Below, one piece after another: positions 59,996 to 64,000 of a DNA stretch of 64,000 nt. The translations under genes and the position numbers were made by a program. The number at the start of each line of letters is the position of its first letter. Position 1 is the stretch's first letter. This DNA is from an uncultured Bacillota bacterium (GTDB lineage Bacteria > Sysuimicrobiota > Sysuimicrobiia > Sysuimicrobiales > Segetimicrobiaceae), in assembly GCA_963804645.1 (NCBI GenBank), contig CAWDRG010000018.1, forward strand, positions 46,116-110,115, given 5' to 3'. The notes below the pieces were generated by a model that was not told the DNA's origin, made no database searches, and saw nothing but the letters and a program-made list of their open reading frames with translations.

Positions 59996-60840
59996 GCGCG
60001 GCCGTGGGACGGCCCGCGAGACGGGCGCCGGTGGGCGACCGGCCCGTGTGGTGGGTGTATGGGCTCGTCGCGGTGTTCGCTGCGCTCGTGCTCGGCATCG
60101 TGCTGTCGGTGTTGTTCAACTCGTTCGCCGCGACGTGGTTTGGCGGGTGGCTGCCCGACGCCTACACCACGAAGTGGTACCGGTTCGCGGTCACGGAGTT
60201 CGGGCTGGCGCAGGTGCTGTGGGTCACCGTCGAGGTTGGGCTGATCGTGACCGCCGTGGCGCTGGCGCTCGGGCTGCCCGCGGCGTACGTGCTGGCCCGG
60301 CGCCAGTTTCCCGGCAAGGGGCTCGTCCTCCTGGCGCTCGTGCTCCCGATGATGGTGCCGCCGATCACCTACGGCATCCCGCTCGCGGCGATGATCTACC
60401 GCGCGCGCCTCGGCGGATCGCTCGCCGGCGTGATCATCGTGAACATCGTCCCCGCGCTGCCGTTCGTGGTGCTGATCATGACGCCGTTCTTCGAGCAGAT
60501 CGATCCGAATCTTGAGCGCGCCGCCCGGACGCTCGGGGCCCGTGCCACGACGGTGTTTTCCCGCGTGCTGCTGCCGCTCGCGCTGCCGGGCGTGCTCGCG
60601 GCGGGGCTGTTGATCCTCGTGCGGACGATCGCGCTCTTCGAGCTCACGTTCCTCGTGTCGGGCGCACGGAGTCAGACGATCGTCGTCGCGCTCTACTACG
60701 CCGCGTTCGCGGCGGGGATCCGGCCCAGCCAGTCGATCGACGCGATGGCGGTCGTCTATATGGTCATGAGCCTCGTGCTGCTCCTGACGGCGCTCCGATT
60801 CGTCAACCCCGTCAACATGGTGATGCGCGTCCGGCGCTGA
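59992..60840 (+). CDS. ABC permease (PotC-like)
   Basis: IDPNLERAARTLGA EAA loop; polytopic. Confidence 0.88.
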   Translation: MSAAVGRPARRAPVGDRPVWWVYGLVAVFAALVLGIVLSVLFNSFAATWFGGWLPDAYTTKWYRFAVTEFGLAQVLWVTVEVGLIVTAVALALGLPAAYVLARRQFPGKGLVLLALVLPMMVPPITYGIPLAAMIYRARLGGSLAGVIIVNIVPALPFVVLIMTPFFEQIDPNLERAARTLGARATTVFSRVLLPLALPGVLAAGLLILVRTIALFELTFLVSGARSQTIVVALYYAAFAAGIRPSQSIDAMAVVYMVMSLVLLLTALRFVNPVNMVMRVRR

Positions 60841-61055
60841 CCCCGTTCCTATCGCTGGCGCCGTCGCCGGTTCGGTTCCCGGTCATCTGGACTCCTTCGA
60901 ACGAAGCGACCCGGCCTCCAGTGGTGGCCTGCGTGTTTCTCCTATGAAGGCTTTTGTCAAGATACTATGAAGGGCCATAGCGGAGGATAGAACGAGTCGC
61001 TGCTGGTAGGCTCCTCTCGCCCTAGTCCGCGAGACAAGGAGAAAGGAGCATACGG

Positions 61056-62207
61056 ATGACCACAGCGACTCGCACGAGTCAGTATACCAGCACGGCGTCT
61101 GAGGTAGCGCAGGTACTGTACGTTGCGTTCGAGTTGGGTGTCAGCGAGTGGAAGATCGGCTTCACCAAGGATCTCGAGACCAAGCCGCGCGTACGAGTGG
61201 TGCCGGCACGAGAATTGAAGCAGTTAGCCCGAGAGATCACCGCCACGAAGCAATGGTTCGCACTCCCGGCGAACGCAACGGTGCGGAGCTGTTACGAAGC
61301 AGGGCGCGACGGATTTTGGCTGCATCGGCACCTCGTGGCAGAGGGGATCGACAATCGAGTGGTGGACTCGGCGAGCATCGAGGTGACCCGGCGCAAGCGA
61401 CGTGCAAAGTCCGACGGATTGGACGCGCGCAAATTGCTCACGATGCTGCTTCGGTCCTGTGCCGGCGAGAAGAAGGTGTGGAGCGTTGTGCGGGTTCCCA
61501 CGGTCGAGGAAGAGGATCGACGCCAGCTGCACCGCGAGTTGCGTACCTTGAAACAGGAACGGACGCGGGTGGTGAACCGAATGCAAGGTTTGCTGGCGAG
61601 CCAGGGGCTGCGGCTCCCGAAGGGCCGCGACGTGAGTGGGCAGTTCGACGCGATGCGGTTGTGGGATGGAACACCGCTTCCCTCGGGATTGCGGGCGCGG
61701 TTGCAGCGGGAGTGGGAGCATGCGCAGTTCTTGCATGCCAAGATCCTGGAGTTGGAGCGACAGCGCTCTCAGGCGATCAAACACGATCGCAGTAAGGCCG
61801 TCGACAAGGTGCGACAGTTGCTGCGTCTGCGGGCCATCGGAGAGACCGGGGCGTGGGTGTATGTGAACGAATTCTTCGGCTGGCGTCAGTTCAACAATCG
61901 GAAGGAAGTGGGCGCCGCTGCCGGCCTTGTACCGACGCCGCACCAGAGCGGAGACGGCAAGCACGAACGAGGAATCAGTAAGGCGGGGAACCGACACATC
62001 CGAGCAGTCGCCATCCAACTGGCCTGGGCTTGGCTGCGATACCAACCCGGCAGCCGGTTGAGCAAGTGGTTCGAAGAACGGTTCAGCCGCGGGGGGCCCC
62101 GCGCGCGGAAGGTCGGTATCGTCGCCCTGGCGCGCAAGTTGTTGATCGACCTGTGGCGGTTCCTCAGGGATGGAACGGTTCCCGAGGGTGCGCTGCTGAA
62201 AGCGTAA
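61056..62207 (+). CDS. IS110 family recombinase (element A)
   Basis: YVAFELG, CYEAG, KSDGLDA, GLVPTPHQSG, GISKAGN, IVALARKL. Confidence 0.93.
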   Translation: MTTATRTSQYTSTASEVAQVLYVAFELGVSEWKIGFTKDLETKPRVRVVPARELKQLAREITATKQWFALPANATVRSCYEAGRDGFWLHRHLVAEGIDNRVVDSASIEVTRRKRRAKSDGLDARKLLTMLLRSCAGEKKVWSVVRVPTVEEEDRRQLHRELRTLKQERTRVVNRMQGLLASQGLRLPKGRDVSGQFDAMRLWDGTPLPSGLRARLQREWEHAQFLHAKILELERQRSQAIKHDRSKAVDKVRQLLRLRAIGETGAWVYVNEFFGWRQFNNRKEVGAAAGLVPTPHQSGDGKHERGISKAGNRHIRAVAIQLAWAWLRYQPGSRLSKWFEERFSRGGPRARKVGIVALARKLLIDLWRFLRDGTVPEGALLKA

Positions 62208-62499
62208 TCAGCAGTATCGACATACTCATCTCAAACTTTTGCGAAGGGGGTACGGAAGCGCTGAGCTCAAGAGCTGGTGGAAGGCGCTCGCAGCCAAGGG
62301 GCGGGCATCAACCGATGTCAAGATGGGGCGCCTTCCTCCAGGCCTGTCTAATTCGCCGCAAAGCGAATATGGAATGTGGTGACTGGTCCAGCGTGGACCA
62401 GCACGGATAGAAGTTGGTTCGAGGCCATCCGGCCCGACCAGGCGAAACAGGCCGCCAGCGACCTTGGAGTCAGCGCGAGATGAATGATCGATCGAGGGG
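62208..62499 (+). ncRNA. Predicted bridge/seek RNA of element A (boundaries approximate)
   Basis: Stem CTGG-T-GGAAGGCGC/GCGCCTTCC-T-CCAG with internal loop matching the target flank; ATAGAAG (62407-13) matches own right end. Confidence 0.7.
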
Positions 62500-62524
62500 T
62501 TGACAGCGGCGGCCCTCATAGAAG

Positions 62525-62905
62525 TCCCCATCTTGCGCGTCTGCCGGCCGCAATTGGAGGTCCTTCCCCGCGACAAGGCAGTCAAGGGGCGCGTAGCGAG
62601 CCGAAGGCCTCGCCCTTGACGGGCGTGGGAGCGGGGATAGGGTTTTGCAGCGCCGGCAGACGCCGGTCCCATTCCCGCCCGCCTGGACCTCGTTGCCACA
62701 TTCAGGATACGCCCGGTCACACACCTCCGCTGGCTACGGCATCGATCTGTCTGCCTTGCATTAGCAGAGCCTAGTCATTCTCCTATTGGTGCCCGTCAAG
62801 ATGCCCGGCACACGTTATGGTTTGACCCACGGCTCCCTAATCTCTCTAGAGGGCCTTCGTGCCCAGAAACAACAAGAGGGCAGCCGGGGACGTGATTCTG
62901 TGGCA
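62525..62905 (-). ncRNA. Predicted bridge/seek RNA region of element B (boundaries approximate)
   Basis: 3' non-coding end; minus ATAGGAGAA (62786-62778) identical to B right end (60945-60937). Confidence 0.6.
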
Positions 62906-63946
62906 TCAGGACGCAGCCTCTTCTGCGGGCCGCGCTGGCCGATCCTCATAGCACCGCCGTTCTGTCCACACGGTCCACGCGAGCTGAGCCAACTTCCGCG
63001 CGGTGCACACACGAGCATCATGGGCACCGCGGCGGGCCTTGATCTGATCGTAGTAGCGGCGCACCGAGCTCGACGCCCGAAGCGCTGGCCCGACGGCTTC
63101 AATGAACGCCCATCGGAGCCACTTGTTGCCTTGCTTGGTCAGAGGCCCGTGGTACACGCGCGTATTGGACGCGTAGGTCGAAGGGATGAGCCCCGTGTAG
63201 CAGGCAAACTTCTTCGCATTGCGAAACCGCGTCATGTCATCGACTTCATACCGCAGCAGCACGGCAAAGAAGGGACCGACCCCAGGTAGACTCGCGAGCC
63301 TGGTGACGATCTCGTCGCCTTTGGCGAATTGGGCGATCAGGTGATCCGTTGCGATGATCCGCTCTCGCAGCGTCGTCAGAAGACTGAGATCATCGCGCAA
63401 GAGCTGCCCGTCGGGTGCGGGGAGGGCCAGCTGTTGCAACCACGCGAGGCCAGCTTTCCCATAGAGGTCGGTCACATCCGGGATCTCGATCGCATGCTGG
63501 GCGAGGAGAGCGTGGATGCGGTTTTTCACCATCGTCTGGACCCGTACGAAAAACATCCGCTGCCGGAGCACGCGTTTGATCGCTCTGGTCTCCTTGGATG
63601 GCGCGTACGCTTCCGGGATCAGATCTGCCCGCAAGAGATGAGCGAGCGTTTGAGAATCGATAGTATCCGTCTTGATGCGCGCGTCGGCGATGGCGCGGAC
63701 CCTTGCGGGGTGTGCTAGAACGACGTCGTCAACGAGCTCATCCAACCAGTCGTACACAGGGCCCCAGTTATAGGTCGCTTCCACCACGGCCTTGATGGGT
63801 TCCTGATAGTTGGCAAAAAACTTCCGCAGCTCATCGCCCGAGCTCGGGATCCGTTTGCGTGCGAGCACCTTCCCAGCTTCGTCCATGATCGTCACGTGCG
63901 TCGCTGTGCGATGTGCGTCTACCCCTGCGTACAGCACCTTGTCCAC
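62906..63946 (-). CDS. IS110 family recombinase (element B)
   Basis: YAGVDAH, VVEAT, KTDTIDS, LPGVG, GLIPSTYAS, TKQGNKWLRWA, ARKL. Confidence 0.93.
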   Translation of the reverse strand: MDKVLYAGVDAHRTATHVTIMDEAGKVLARKRIPSSGDELRKFFANYQEPIKAVVEATYNWGPVYDWLDELVDDVVLAHPARVRAIADARIKTDTIDSQTLAHLLRADLIPEAYAPSKETRAIKRVLRQRMFFVRVQTMVKNRIHALLAQHAIEIPDVTDLYGKAGLAWLQQLALPAPDGQLLRDDLSLLTTLRERIIATDHLIAQFAKGDEIVTRLASLPGVGPFFAVLLRYEVDDMTRFRNAKKFACYTGLIPSTYASNTRVYHGPLTKQGNKWLRWAFIEAVGPALRASSSVRRYYDQIKARRGAHDARVCTARKLAQLAWTVWTERRCYEDRPARPAEEAAS

Positions 63947-64000
63947 CTCCCGCTTGTTCCGTCTTGGGTCCCAGTACTTCGCGGTGGACTGGCGCCTTCA

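Larger units (their letters stand above)
60959..62524 (+). mobile_element. IS110-family (IS1111-like) element A
   Basis: AAG core at both ends (60959-61, 62522-24); subterminal IRs CTATGAAGGGCC (60965-76) and GGCCCTCATAG (62511-21); long 3' non-coding end. Confidence 0.85.
60937..64000 (-). mobile_element. IS110-family (IS1111-like) element B, interrupted by element A; left end just past the window
   Basis: Right end minus TTGACAAAAGCCTTCATAGGAG (60960-60939); inverted repeat TGAAGGC (60945-60951) versus GCCTTCA (63994-64000). Confidence 0.75.

Noticed and set aside
1..64000. CRISPR array, tRNA, rRNA
   Set aside because: No regularly spaced repeats or recognisable RNA-gene signatures seen by eye; tRNAscan/Infernal not run.

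Overview
High-GC bacterial window with no rRNA, tRNA or CRISPR array seen. Several housekeeping genes carry single frameshifts, which suggests a long-read or metagenome assembly. Gene order (yebC-ruvCAB-DUF2905-spoIID-queA-tgt-yajC-HD) and a GAAC-N4-GTAC SOS box point to a Terrabacteria lineage (inference). Left to right: imuA-like gene with a LexA box; ArsB-type transporter; vapBC pair between diverged copies of an M23 gene 3' end; HlyD-M23 fusion; Liv-type ABC importer divergent from hpaBCD; Ku; PBP1A; ruv/que core cluster; small Zn-finger/histone-like gene; a degraded ~9 kb catabolic/peptide-ABC island; an HTH regulator heading hemA-C-D-B-L; a GT2-SDR-BshB1-BshC-like-ccmAB operon; a LacI-controlled ABC importer; and two IS110-family elements. 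Best finding: the two IS110s are nested. Element A (60959-62524) sits inside the right non-coding end of element B, and A's predicted bridge RNA has a 10-nt exact match to B's end sequence at the insertion site, suggesting an RNA-guided IS that targets another IS. Second best: a bacillithiol-like pathway with a GT2 enzyme in place of BshA.
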